Shown here: piece after piece, positions 46,659 to 56,172 of the stretch
How positions within the stretch are numbered: position 1 is the first letter of the stretch
How the letters are laid out: each line of letters starts with the position of its first letter
Source of the DNA: an uncultured delta proteobacterium
GTDB lineage: Bacteria; Myxococcota_A; Polyangia; Polyangiales; B10-G4
Direction of reading: 5' to 3'
NCBI GenBank assembly: GCA_963727445.1
Contig: CAVSGI010000009.1
Coordinates: forward strand, 416,001-480,000
DNA length: 64,000 nucleotides
The notes under the pieces: generated by a model
What the model was told of the DNA's origin: nothing
What the model saw: the letters and a program-made list of their open reading frames with translations, nothing else
Databases searched by the model: none
Program-made: the position numbers and the translations under genes

Positions 46659-47000
46659 GTGGCCCCGAGCGAGGAGCGCGTCGCGCGTGAGCGGCGCATC
46701 TTCGAGGTCATCCGGCAGATCCCGCGAGGCAAGGTGGCGACCTATGGACAGGTCGCCATGCTCGCGGAGATCCCGCGGGGGCATCGCGTGGTGGCGGCCG
46801 CGCTCAAGCTGAGCGACCCCAAAGCGCGCCTTCCCTGGCAGCGCGTGGTGGGCAAGAAGTCCCGCACCCGCGCCAAGATCGCCATCGAGGATCCCGAGGC
46901 CGCCGCGCGCCAGCGCGCGCTCCTCGAAAAGGAAAAGGTGGAGGTGGACGCCGAGGGCTTCATCTCCCTCGCGCGATTCGGCTGGCTCCCTCTAGACTAG
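46659..47000 (+). CDS. Alkyltransferase-like (ATL/YbaZ-type) DNA-binding protein of the MGMT family
   Basis: IPRGKVATYGQVA; PWQRVV replaces catalytic PCHRV; QRALLEKE. Confidence 0.85.
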   Translation: MAPSEERVARERRIFEVIRQIPRGKVATYGQVAMLAEIPRGHRVVAAALKLSDPKARLPWQRVVGKKSRTRAKIAIEDPEAAARQRALLEKEKVEVDAEGFISLARFGWLPLD

Positions 47001-47004
47001 GGGC

Positions 47005-49017
47005 GTGCTCCGCGCCGTCATCCTCGCGTCGTCTCTGCTCGTCGCGTGCGGTGACGACGGCGGCGGCGGTGACGCGGGTGACGCGGGGACCGACGTGGGA
47101 GGCGACGATGGCGTCGCCGAACCGATGCCACCCGCTCCGGCGATGCTCACACCCTGCCCGCCGGGCGCGGTGGAGATGGTGCGCGACGGCGCGCCGACCG
47201 AGTGCTGGCCCATCACCGAGCCCGCGTGCGCGGATGGCGAGGTGCGGCTGTTCGGGGACGCCGAGTGCGGGCCGGTGGGGGGCCCGTGCGAAGGGGACTT
47301 CCCGCCGGGCCCGGCTTCCGGAGCGGTCTACGTGCGCGCGGGCAGCACCGGGGGCGATGGGTCCGAGGCCTCGCCCTTTGCGACGATCGGGCAGGCGCTC
47401 GCCGCGGCCGGGCGGGGCGCCACGGTGCTGGTCGGTCGTGGCACCTACGAAGAGCTGCTCTTCGTGAGCCGAGACGTCGATATCCGCGGTCTCTGCCCGG
47501 CCGAGACGATCCTGACGACCACCCTGCCCGACACGATCAACGGCGTGCTCAACGTCACGGGAGCGACCGTGACCGTGTCCGGCCTGTCGGTGCGCGGCGC
47601 GCCGCGCGGCGGGATCGTCGCGACCACCCGAGCGAACGCCACGCTTCGAGACGTGGTGGTCGACGACGTGGCGGTCTTCGGCGTCTACGTCGATCTCGAG
47701 TCCACGGCGAGCATCGACGAACTGGTCGTCACCGGCGTGGCGGACACGGCCGACGGGCAATTCGGAGATGGCCTGGTGGTGGACACCGCTGCTACCGCGA
47801 CCGCCTCGCGCGTCCTCATCGAACGCACTCACACCACCGCGATCAACGTGCTCGGCGCGGCGTCGCTGACCATCGACGGCTTCGTGGCGCGTGATATCGA
47901 GCCCAACGGCGCTGGCATCGGAGGCCGCGCGCTCAGCGTGAAGGCCATGGGGACCGTGTCTGCGAGCCACGTCTTCACCGAGCGGGCCCACGAGACCGCG
48001 GTCGAGGTCCGCGACGAGGGGACCAGCGCGACGCTCGCCGACCTCGTCCTCGACGACACCCGCCTGGGTGCCGACGGCCAGCACGGCCGCGCGCTCGACG
48101 TGCTGCCGGGCACGGACGTGAGCTTGCGGCGGATGCTCGTTCGAGGCGCCGGAGATTCGGCGATCCTGCTGCGCGATGCGAACGTCGAGATGCAGGACGT
48201 GGTCGTTCGCGAGGTTCGCGGCGGCGCAGACGGCGCCTTCGGGCGTTTTCTAGAGCTGCTCGAGGGCGGGTCGCTCATCGCTCGGCGCGTGCACTTCGAG
48301 GACGCCAAGGACATCGGATTGTCTTTCGCGGACGAAGGAACGAACGCGACGATCGAGGACCTCGTCATCATGGGCGTCCAGGGCCGCGTCTCGGACGGCG
48401 CCTTCGGCCGCGGGCTCAACGCCCAGCTCGGAGCCGCCGTGGAGGCGCATCGGGTGGTCGTGCGCGGGGTGCGCAACACCGGGGTCTTCATCGATGGGGC
48501 GTCGCTCACCGGTGAGGATCTCGACGTGAGCGAGGTGACGACCTCCGACGACACCCATCACGGCCGGGGGATGAACCTTCAGTTCGCGGCCCAGGTCACC
48601 CTCGCGCGCACTCGGATCACCGACGCCTTCGACCTCGGTCTCTTCGCTGGTGGCACAGGGACGACGGCGCATCTCTCGGACCTGACCATTCGCCGGATCA
48701 CGGCGCCCCGCTGCCCGAGCGGCGAGACCTGCGACGGACAGATCGGAGGCATCGGTCTGGGCGCGTACGAGGGCGCGGTGGTCGAGGTCGATGGGATCGA
48801 CCAGGGCGATGCCGCGCTCTGCGGCCTACACGTCGCCGACGCCGCTCAGCTGGACATCCATGGCGGCTGGATCCGTAACAACCTGATCGGGGCGTGCATA
48901 CAGATCGACGGGTACGACGTGAGTCGCGTCGGAACCCCCCAATATGTGGATAACGAAACCAACCTCGAAGCGACCAGTCTTCCCGTTCCCTCGGTCGACG
49001 TCGGGCTCGACGGCTGA
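47005..49017 (+). CDS. Right-handed parallel beta-helix lipoprotein, paralogue of 36977-39502
   Basis: Lipobox LLVA-CGDD; YVRAGSTGGDGSEASPFATIGQA...GTYEE; GRGL/GRAL repeats; same C-terminal NN.IG...YD..R...DNE.N motif. Confidence 0.82.
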   Translation: MLRAVILASSLLVACGDDGGGGDAGDAGTDVGGDDGVAEPMPPAPAMLTPCPPGAVEMVRDGAPTECWPITEPACADGEVRLFGDAECGPVGGPCEGDFPPGPASGAVYVRAGSTGGDGSEASPFATIGQALAAAGRGATVLVGRGTYEELLFVSRDVDIRGLCPAETILTTTLPDTINGVLNVTGATVTVSGLSVRGAPRGGIVATTRANATLRDVVVDDVAVFGVYVDLESTASIDELVVTGVADTADGQFGDGLVVDTAATATASRVLIERTHTTAINVLGAASLTIDGFVARDIEPNGAGIGGRALSVKAMGTVSASHVFTERAHETAVEVRDEGTSATLADLVLDDTRLGADGQHGRALDVLPGTDVSLRRMLVRGAGDSAILLRDANVEMQDVVVREVRGGADGAFGRFLELLEGGSLIARRVHFEDAKDIGLSFADEGTNATIEDLVIMGVQGRVSDGAFGRGLNAQLGAAVEAHRVVVRGVRNTGVFIDGASLTGEDLDVSEVTTSDDTHHGRGMNLQFAAQVTLARTRITDAFDLGLFAGGTGTTAHLSDLTIRRITAPRCPSGETCDGQIGGIGLGAYEGAVVEVDGIDQGDAALCGLHVADAAQLDIHGGWIRNNLIGACIQIDGYDVSRVGTPQYVDNETNLEATSLPVPSVDVGLDG

Positions 49018-49037
49018 CATTCCGCCAACATTCGGGA

Positions 49038-49065
49038 TTGACTCTCTCCCGGGGCAGTCTAAATA
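49038..49065 (+). promoter_or_regulatory. Sigma-70 promoter candidate for the PilZ gene
   Basis: TTGACT-N16-TAAATA. Confidence 0.35.
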
Positions 49066-49113
49066 CCGGCCCGCGGGGAGGAACGGTCCCCATTCACCGT
49101 ATCCAGGCACGCC

Positions 49114-49686
49114 ATGATGAACGAGGAAGAGGAGCACATCGAGGTTCGACCGGAGGATCGCATCGCTTTGCGTCGATCCCTCCGCGCCGATGCGCGCCTC
49201 ACCCTCACCGGTGAGCCTTCTGGCGGCTATTCGCCCGAGGGCGTGGTGACCGACCTGTCGGTTCATGGCCTCTGGGTCGCCGTCAATCGTCCCCTCCGCC
49301 TCGGCGATCGTCTGACCATCTCCTTCCGCCCCGCCCCGGCGCACCGCGAGCTCGCGCTCGACGCCGCGGTCGCTCGGGTGGACTGGCACGAGGGGAGCGA
49401 AGGCGTGATGGGCATGGGCCTGTCCTTCGACGGTCTCGCCCCCGACGAACAGCAGGTTCTCGAAGACGCCCTCAAGGGTCTGCCTCCGCGCCCGTCCAAG
49501 GCCACCTCGCCGGTGATCGCCCTCGTCGAGCACGATCCCCTCGAGGATGAGGTCGAGGAGATCCTCGAGGATGACGACATGGTCGTGATCGAGGAGAGCG
49601 GCGTCCGCGCCATCCCGGTCGCCGACGGCGAAGACGAAGGCTTCGAGCTCATCGCAGACGAAGAGCTCGAGGTCTTCATCGCCTAG
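49114..49686 (+). CDS. PilZ-domain protein with acidic C-terminal tail
   Basis: RxxxR (RPEDR/RIALR) and DLSVHG (DxSxxG) motifs; GMGLSF. Confidence 0.87.
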   Translation: MMNEEEEHIEVRPEDRIALRRSLRADARLTLTGEPSGGYSPEGVVTDLSVHGLWVAVNRPLRLGDRLTISFRPAPAHRELALDAAVARVDWHEGSEGVMGMGLSFDGLAPDEQQVLEDALKGLPPRPSKATSPVIALVEHDPLEDEVEEILEDDDMVVIEESGVRAIPVADGEDEGFELIADEELEVFIA

Positions 49687-49722
49687 CAGGTTGCCCGCAA
49701 CCTCCCGTGCCCGGCTCGGCGC

Positions 49723-50583
49723 TCAGTCCGCCGTCTCGCGTGCCGGCCCCCACACCGCCATCAGCTTCCGGTGGGAGTTCTGGGTCGTCCCCGTCGAGCG
49801 ATCGCACTTCCGCGCCTCGTGCTCGCCGCACGGCAGATCCTCGTCGCGGAAGTAGCGGCGTCCGCAGGGGCGCAGGTAGCTCATGATCTCGCCGCAGTGC
49901 ATCGCGTGGTCGAGGCCGAAAGCGTGCGCCACCTCCATGCCCGCCGTCTCGCAGGTGCGCCGCGCGTCTTCGTGGAGCTTGTGCGAGAAGACGAGGACGA
50001 CCGCGCCTTCGATCACCTGGCCGTTGAAAGGGGCGAGGCCGGTGGCGCTGTCGTGGCTGTGGCCCTCGTGCCCATCGCCGACGTCGCCGTCGCCGCCGTC
50101 GAGCACCTCCGGCGTGCCGCCCACCACCACCATGACGTAGTCCTCGTCCACCGGGCGCTGATCCACGATGCGCACGTCGAAGTCTTTGAAGCGATCGCGC
50201 ACGCATCCCAGGATCTGATTCCAGCGAGCGTTGCTACCCGCGAACGCCGGGATCTCGGTCTCGGCGAGGCCCGCGCGTTCGACGATGCTCGACACGTTGT
50301 GCTCCGCGTCGTCGGTGCCTCCCCTCAGGTGCGCGCCTTCGCGGTTGAGGTAGATGACGTGTGCTGGCTCGGGCGGTTCGAGGGGGTCGGGAACCAACAC
50401 CTGGACGTATTCGCCGAGGGGATTCGTCGGACGGTCTGCGATGGTCTTGCCGGAGTAGCGCTCCCAGACGATCCATCCGGCCCAGGCGACCACGGGGATC
50501 GCGAGACCCAGGAGCAATCCGAGGACGAGCATTCCTCCCCCGCCTTTGCGCCGTGGTGCCGGTGCGGCTTTTCGCGCGGCCAT
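49723..50583 (-). CDS. Membrane-anchored metzincin/matrixin-like protein with variant zinc motif
   Basis: TM, then YLN..G, MEVAHAFGLDH and Met-turn EIMSY; start MAARK supported by TATGAT 7 nt upstream. Confidence 0.72.
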   Translation of the reverse strand: MAARKAAPAPRRKGGGGMLVLGLLLGLAIPVVAWAGWIVWERYSGKTIADRPTNPLGEYVQVLVPDPLEPPEPAHVIYLNREGAHLRGGTDDAEHNVSSIVERAGLAETEIPAFAGSNARWNQILGCVRDRFKDFDVRIVDQRPVDEDYVMVVVGGTPEVLDGGDGDVGDGHEGHSHDSATGLAPFNGQVIEGAVVLVFSHKLHEDARRTCETAGMEVAHAFGLDHAMHCGEIMSYLRPCGRRYFRDEDLPCGEHEARKCDRSTGTTQNSHRKLMAVWGPARETAD

Positions 50584-50660
50584 GCGCTGCATCATACAGC
50601 TGCAGGTCGGCTTTGGATCGCGTACCCGTCTACCGGCCACGCGTGTTGTAGCCTGCGCAC

Positions 50661-51566
50661 ATGAGCCGCATGCAACGACGGGCGCTCGTGATCATCGGCG
50701 CCTGCCTCGCCGTCGGGACCGTCCTCGGGCTGGTGGTGCTCGGGAGCGGGATGTTCGAGCGGTCCGACTCGAGCGACTACACGGGACAGGACGCTCCGTG
50801 GCTCCAGGAGCCCGACAGCGGTGCCATCGTGACACCACCAGCCGTCGACGACCCGCTCTTCGCCCAGGCACTCGAGCTCGCGTCCCAGGCCTGCGACGCA
50901 CCGTGGGAGGAGAAGGACGGGGGCTTCGAATGCGCCGTCGACCTCCACTCGCGGAGCGGCCGACCCCTCGGCGGGACCCTCTTTGTCGCCTCCACCGACG
51001 ATGGACCCGGGCAGCGCTGGAGATTGCACGGCGACGCGAACGGCGCGGCCGTGTTTCTCACCCCGATGATGACCTCATGGCTTCCAGAGCCGAGCGCGTG
51101 GCTCCCCGCACTGGTCCGCGGCCCGGAGCCCTTCGTTCGGCACTTCGTCTCCGCCGCCGGCGTCCCATGGCGGGTGATGGGGCGACCGGGAGAGGAGGGG
51201 ATGGTCGACCTCGAAGTGACGATGAACTTCGACGCCGGTTCGGACTACCTGTTCGAGGTGACCAAGGGCGCCGGCGACGTGAGCCCCATCGGCGGCATGC
51301 TCGTCTGCGTCACGCTGGAGGGCGACACGGAGCGCGCGATCGGAGCCTGCGACGAGCCGGAGCTCACGCTCGAATCCAGCGAGGAGCGATGCGTCCTGGG
51401 CGTGCCGGTCCTCCGAGTGAACGCGTCCCAGGACGTCGTCGAGACGCCCGTGCTGTGCGGAGACGCGTCCGAGCCCACCTCGTGGCGCTGCGACCGACTC
51501 GACGCCGAAGCGCAGACCATCGAGATCGGCGGCTGGCAATTCGAGTGCCGCCCCGACGCGACATGA
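50661..51566 (+). CDS. Hypothetical membrane-anchored Cys-containing protein
   Basis: N-terminal TM and acidic soluble domain with paired Cys; TAGCCT 6 nt before the ATG. Confidence 0.65.
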   Translation: MSRMQRRALVIIGACLAVGTVLGLVVLGSGMFERSDSSDYTGQDAPWLQEPDSGAIVTPPAVDDPLFAQALELASQACDAPWEEKDGGFECAVDLHSRSGRPLGGTLFVASTDDGPGQRWRLHGDANGAAVFLTPMMTSWLPEPSAWLPALVRGPEPFVRHFVSAAGVPWRVMGRPGEEGMVDLEVTMNFDAGSDYLFEVTKGAGDVSPIGGMLVCVTLEGDTERAIGACDEPELTLESSEERCVLGVPVLRVNASQDVVETPVLCGDASEPTSWRCDRLDAEAQTIEIGGWQFECRPDAT

Positions 51567-51591
51567 CCATCGGACCCGCGCGACCGCGTGG

Positions 51592-53061
51592 TCAGGGGCA
51601 GCTGTCGCCTTCGGTCTCGCAGCCGTCGGCGTTCATCGAGTTGCAGTTGCTGCGCCCGGGGCTGCACTCGCAGCGGTAGGCACCTGGCTGGAACTGAAGA
51701 CACCGCTGTCGGGCGGCGTCGCCGCCGCGGTAGCAGACGTTCCCGCAGGCGCCGCAGTTCTGATCGTCGTTCATGGTGACGCACACGCCGCCGCAGCACA
51801 TCTCGTTGGCCAGACAGGGGCTGCCCGTGCCGCAGGCGCACTCCGCGATCACACCGTCGCCGTCGAGGTCGGCGCAGGTGTCGGCGTGGGGACGCAGCGC
51901 GACCGCGTCCGCGTTGCAGTTGTGTCCGCAGCCGCCGCAGTTGCGCGCGCTGGTCAGGTCCTCGCAGCCGGAGGCGCAGCAGCGCTGCTCCTCTGCGCAC
52001 GAAACGTCCGCGCCTGCGCTGCTGCACCGGCAGCTCCCGTCGACGCAGCTGTCGCTGCCCAGCGGGTCGCAGTGGATCCGGCAGCCGCCACAGTTGCGGA
52101 AGTCGAGGGTGGGGTCGGTCATGGAGGCGGCGCCTCCGCCCAGGTCGACGACACACCACTGCATGTCGGCTCCCGGCGGGCACGCCACGCATCCGACAGT
52201 CCCGTCCGGGTGCATCTCGTCGGGGATCTCGAAGACCTCGTTGATCACCCCGTCGCAGTCGTTGTCGACCTCGTCACAGGTTTCGGTCTGTCCGGGATGC
52301 ACCGCCGCGTCCGAGTCGCAGACCGCAGGCTCCACCCAGCCGTCGCCGTCGGCGTCCATGTCGCATCCCTCGTCCGCCGTGCCGTCGCAGTCGTCATCCC
52401 GAGAGTTGCACTGCTCGAAGGCGCCGGCGTGCACCGCGGGCTCGGCGTCGTTGCAGTCGCGCGCCCCCGCGATGAAGCCATCCGAGTCCATGTCGGCGGG
52501 ATCGCAGTCGAGGTCGGAGCCGTCACAGTCCTGATCGACCCCGTCGCCGCAGACCTCGGCCACACCCGGTCGGATGCCGGGATCGCAGTCGTTGCAGTCG
52601 CAACCCGAGACGGGCGAGACCGTGCAGGCGACGGTGCCGTCGCGATCCTGATCGTCGGGCATGCAGGTCGGGTCTTCGTCGATGAGCCCGTTGCAGTTCT
52701 CGTCCACCGCGTCCTCGCCGGGAGCGGTGCAGGCCTCCGCGGCGGCAGGGCTGATCTCCGGATCCTCGTCGTCGCAGTCGACGTCGTCGCAATAGCCGTC
52801 CTCGTCGTTGTCACAACAGAGATCGACGCCGTCGCAGTCTTCGTCCACCCCGTTGCCGCACTGCGCCGGGGTCTCGGTCGCCGAGGGGCTGATGGTGCGG
52901 TCCGCGTCGTTGCAGTCACAGGCGCCGGGCAGGACCGGCTCGGAACAGGCCCGCCAGCCGTCCCCGTCCACGTCGTCGACGTTGGTCGGCGTGTCGTCGG
53001 AGCCGCAGGCCGCGACGGTCGCGATGAGAATGACAAACCAGTGCCTCACGCCCAGGAGCAT
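51592..53061 (-). CDS. Cys/Asp-rich lipoprotein with MopE-related (putative metal-binding) repeats and Stig1-like NCG.CG..C repeats
   Basis: Lipobox IATVAA-C; DCND....P.A.E.C.G.D.DCDG repeats; RNCGGCRIHC, RNCGGCGHNC, QNCGACGNVC; start between 53049 and 53091. Confidence 0.82.
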   Translation of the reverse strand: MLLGVRHWFVILIATVAACGSDDTPTNVDDVDGDGWRACSEPVLPGACDCNDADRTISPSATETPAQCGNGVDEDCDGVDLCCDNDEDGYCDDVDCDDEDPEISPAAAEACTAPGEDAVDENCNGLIDEDPTCMPDDQDRDGTVACTVSPVSGCDCNDCDPGIRPGVAEVCGDGVDQDCDGSDLDCDPADMDSDGFIAGARDCNDAEPAVHAGAFEQCNSRDDDCDGTADEGCDMDADGDGWVEPAVCDSDAAVHPGQTETCDEVDNDCDGVINEVFEIPDEMHPDGTVGCVACPPGADMQWCVVDLGGGAASMTDPTLDFRNCGGCRIHCDPLGSDSCVDGSCRCSSAGADVSCAEEQRCCASGCEDLTSARNCGGCGHNCNADAVALRPHADTCADLDGDGVIAECACGTGSPCLANEMCCGGVCVTMNDDQNCGACGNVCYRGGDAARQRCLQFQPGAYRCECSPGRSNCNSMNADGCETEGDSCP

Positions 53062-53107
53062 GCACAAAGCCAGCGCGCGCCGCCACCCCATGGGGTCGCG
53101 GCTACCC

Positions 53108-56056
53108 TCAGGCGAGGAGCTCGAGGAGATCTTCGCGGGTGAGCCCTGCGGGGCCGGTCGCGCCCTCGCCGCCGTCGAGAATGGACTCCGACAGGGCGCG
53201 CTTGCGCTCCTGGAGCTCCAGGAGCCGCTCCTCCACGGTGTCCTCCGCCACCAAACGGTGGACCAGGACCGGGTGCTCCTGGCCGATGCGATGAATGCGA
53301 TCGGCCGCCTGGTCCTCCACCGCCGGGTTCCACCAGGGGTCGACGAGGAAGACGTGGTCAGCGCGGGTGAGGGTGAGCCCCGTCCCGCCAGCCTTGAGCG
53401 AGATCAGCATCACCGGCGGTCCGTCCTCCGATTGGAAGGTATCCACCACCTCACCACGATTTCGCGTCTTTCCATCCAGACGGACGAAGTCGACCTCGGC
53501 GGCGCGCAGGTGCGGCTCGATCAGATCGAGGAGCGAGGTCCACTGCGAGAAGATCAGCGCGCGGTGACCCTCGTCGAGGATCTCCACCAGCGTTTCCATG
53601 AGCAGTCGGACCTTCGACGACGACTTCGCCGAGCGCCCCGGGATGAGCGCGGCGTGACACGACGCCTGGCGCAAGCGGAGCAGTGCCTCGAGCGCGTGCA
53701 GCACACCGCGCCCCGCGGCGAGCTCGCGGACCACCTCTTCCCGTGTCGCGGCGCGGACCGCGTCGTAGATGGCGCGCTCCTCGTCGTCGAGCGTGCAGCG
53801 CAGCACCACGTCGGTGCGCGGCGGTAGCTCGCTCTCCACGTCGCGCTTGAGCCGGCGCGTGATGAAGGGACGTACGCGCGCGCGCAGGCGCGCCGCCGCC
53901 TCGGCGTCGCCTTCGGTGATGCGCCGCGCGTAGCGGTCGCGAAAGTCGTCGAGGCCGCCGAGGAGACCCGGGTTGGTGAAGCGCATGAGGCTCCACAGAT
54001 CTTCGAGGCGATTTTCGATGGGCGTTCCGGTGAGCGCGACGCGGAAGCGGGCGTCGAGCTGATAGGTCGCCTGCGCCACCAGGCTCGTGGGGTTCTTGAT
54101 CTGTTGCGCCTCGTCGATGATGACGGTGTCCCAGCGCTTCGCCTTGAGGAGCTCGATGTCGCGGCGGAGGATGGCGTGGGTGGTGAGGGTGACGTCCGCC
54201 CCGGTGTCGAGGCGTCGATCCGGGCTGTGGTAGCGCTCCACGGTGAGGCCCGGCCGAAAGCGCCGCACCTCGTTCTCCCAGGAATGGAGCACGCTCGCTG
54301 GGCACGCCACCAGCGCCGGTGAGCCGAGTGCGCAGAGCGCCTGCACGGTCTTGCCGAGCCCCATGTCGTCGGCGAGGAGCCCGCCGAGGCCCGCTTCGGA
54401 GAGGAACGAGAGCCAATCGACCCCGCTCTGCTGATACGAACGGAGCTCGCCCCGGAAGTCCTCGGGCAGCTTCGCGTGTGGGAGCTCCGCGAATCCGTCG
54501 GCGAGCTCACGGAGGCGCGTGAAGTCGGGGGGCGTCGGGCGTCCGAGGAGCTGGGCCAGGCGCGCCACGTCGGCGCCCGCGCTCTTGGGGAGCACCTTTC
54601 GACCCTCGCTCGCGAGGAGCAGATCTTCGACGAGGTGACCGTGCTGGTGAAGGAAGCCCTCCGGCAGGGGCGCCCAGCCGCCCGCGTCGAGGGCGACGAG
54701 CGGCCGGTCGTTTCGGAGCGCATTGAGCACCGCCTCGACCGTCGCGACGCGCGTCTCGCCCTCCCACTCGCTCTCGAAGACCAGCTCGGCTTCGTCTTCG
54801 GCGAGGTGGAGGTCGAGGGTCAGGGGCGAACCGATGAAGCACGCGTCGAGCGCGTCGCCGTCGACGGTGCCACCGAAGGCGCGCACCGCCTCGGCCATCG
54901 CGATCGCTTTTTCGCCGCGCGCGCGCTTGGGAATGCCCCGTCGCATCTCGAGCTCGCGGCGCAGGCGCTCACCGAGCGCGCGCTCTGCCTCGCGATCGCG
55001 CGCCGGCACCGGCCCGCCGAGGTGCACCAGCTTGTCGCCTTCCACCCGCGCGTTGGGCACGGCCCCGTAGACAAGCTCCGGGCGCACCACCACGTCGGCT
55101 CCGTCGCGAAAAGTCTCGAAGAGCACGCGCGGCTTCATCGGCTCGAGGGACGGGAGCTTCTTCGTCCGCACGTCGACCTTCACCCGCTCGCGGAGCTCCG
55201 GGAGCACCTCGCTCACCAGCGTGTGCACTTCCTCGGGCGTGTAGACGCGGCCGACTTCGAGCGCCTGCCGGTCGTTGTCGGAGAGATCGACCTCGCGCAC
55301 CGCGAAGAGCGCGTCCCCACAGAGCGCGGCGCCGTTGTCGAAGAGCTCGTCGATCTCCGGTGCAGGGACCTCGGTCAGGGAGAAGCCGCCCCCCTTGGCC
55401 GCGACCAGCTGCACCCGGATCGCTTCGCGCGGCGGAACGATCTTCACCTTCTCGCCGTCGAGCCGGAGATCGTCCACCTCGGCGAGGGCCTCGAGGAGCG
55501 GCTCCATGGTCGGCCGGAGGATCGGCCCCACCCGGCGTTCGCGGAGCAGCGCGCTGATCTGCTCGTCGATCTCGTTCACGCGAAGGACGTCGGGCTCGAG
55601 GCGGGCGGCGAGGGCGTGGACGCTCGTCGTAACCGGTTCCCGAACGTCGCCCCGGACGGCGACGACCGCGAGTGAGAGGCTGCGGCCTTCGCGCTCGAGC
55701 GCGTAGCTGAGGTGATAGGGCTCGCGCCGCACGCCCTGGCGCGCCTCGTCGTCGAGCTTGAGGAGCATCATCACGCCGGCTACGTGCGGGCAGACCGGCG
55801 CCTCGCTGGGGCAGGCGCAGTGCCAGGTCCGCCGAGCGGGCGACAGAACGACCTCGGGCGTGAGCGCTCCCCCGCGGGTCACGATCTGGGCTTTCACCTC
55901 GCCGTCGGGCGCCGTCCCGAAGAGGGAGAGCCGTCCACCCCGGCTGAGGTTCGCCCCCCGCTGCCAATCGACTTCGGAGCAGGCCTGTCGAACGGCGTCG
56001 TAGAGATCGACGGCCGCCTCGAGCGCGCTTGGGGTGGGCCGATTGGTCTCGAGCAC
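53108..56056 (-). CDS. SWIM zinc-finger SNF2-family helicase/ATPase
   Basis: CACP.....CPH SWIM; LRSYQ, LADDMGLGKT, DEAQ, TGTPIEN, IFSQW, SLKAGGTGL, QAADRIHRIGQ. Confidence 0.95.
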   Translation of the reverse strand: MLETNRPTPSALEAAVDLYDAVRQACSEVDWQRGANLSRGGRLSLFGTAPDGEVKAQIVTRGGALTPEVVLSPARRTWHCACPSEAPVCPHVAGVMMLLKLDDEARQGVRREPYHLSYALEREGRSLSLAVVAVRGDVREPVTTSVHALAARLEPDVLRVNEIDEQISALLRERRVGPILRPTMEPLLEALAEVDDLRLDGEKVKIVPPREAIRVQLVAAKGGGFSLTEVPAPEIDELFDNGAALCGDALFAVREVDLSDNDRQALEVGRVYTPEEVHTLVSEVLPELRERVKVDVRTKKLPSLEPMKPRVLFETFRDGADVVVRPELVYGAVPNARVEGDKLVHLGGPVPARDREAERALGERLRRELEMRRGIPKRARGEKAIAMAEAVRAFGGTVDGDALDACFIGSPLTLDLHLAEDEAELVFESEWEGETRVATVEAVLNALRNDRPLVALDAGGWAPLPEGFLHQHGHLVEDLLLASEGRKVLPKSAGADVARLAQLLGRPTPPDFTRLRELADGFAELPHAKLPEDFRGELRSYQQSGVDWLSFLSEAGLGGLLADDMGLGKTVQALCALGSPALVACPASVLHSWENEVRRFRPGLTVERYHSPDRRLDTGADVTLTTHAILRRDIELLKAKRWDTVIIDEAQQIKNPTSLVAQATYQLDARFRVALTGTPIENRLEDLWSLMRFTNPGLLGGLDDFRDRYARRITEGDAEAAARLRARVRPFITRRLKRDVESELPPRTDVVLRCTLDDEERAIYDAVRAATREEVVRELAAGRGVLHALEALLRLRQASCHAALIPGRSAKSSSKVRLLMETLVEILDEGHRALIFSQWTSLLDLIEPHLRAAEVDFVRLDGKTRNRGEVVDTFQSEDGPPVMLISLKAGGTGLTLTRADHVFLVDPWWNPAVEDQAADRIHRIGQEHPVLVHRLVAEDTVEERLLELQERKRALSESILDGGEGATGPAGLTREDLLELLA

Positions 56057-56172
56057 GGGGGGGTGATCATGACCCGTCTGTAGAGATGCGCCAGCGCCGC
56101 GTGAATTGTGGCGCTCAGGGCGGCGGCGCCCGCCTCACTCGCGCCGCCGTATTCGGTTGTCGAGTCCGCTCA

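Noticed and set aside
53108..56056. SNF2 helicase as part of an anti-phage defence system
   Set aside because: The SWIM-SNF2 architecture is the common housekeeping type, with no methylase, nuclease or other defence genes nearby
56056..56070. Alternative SNF2 start at 56070 (MITPPV) requiring one more base in the G7 run
   Set aside because: Plausible homopolymer error, but the in-frame GTG at 56056 suffices and nothing else supports it
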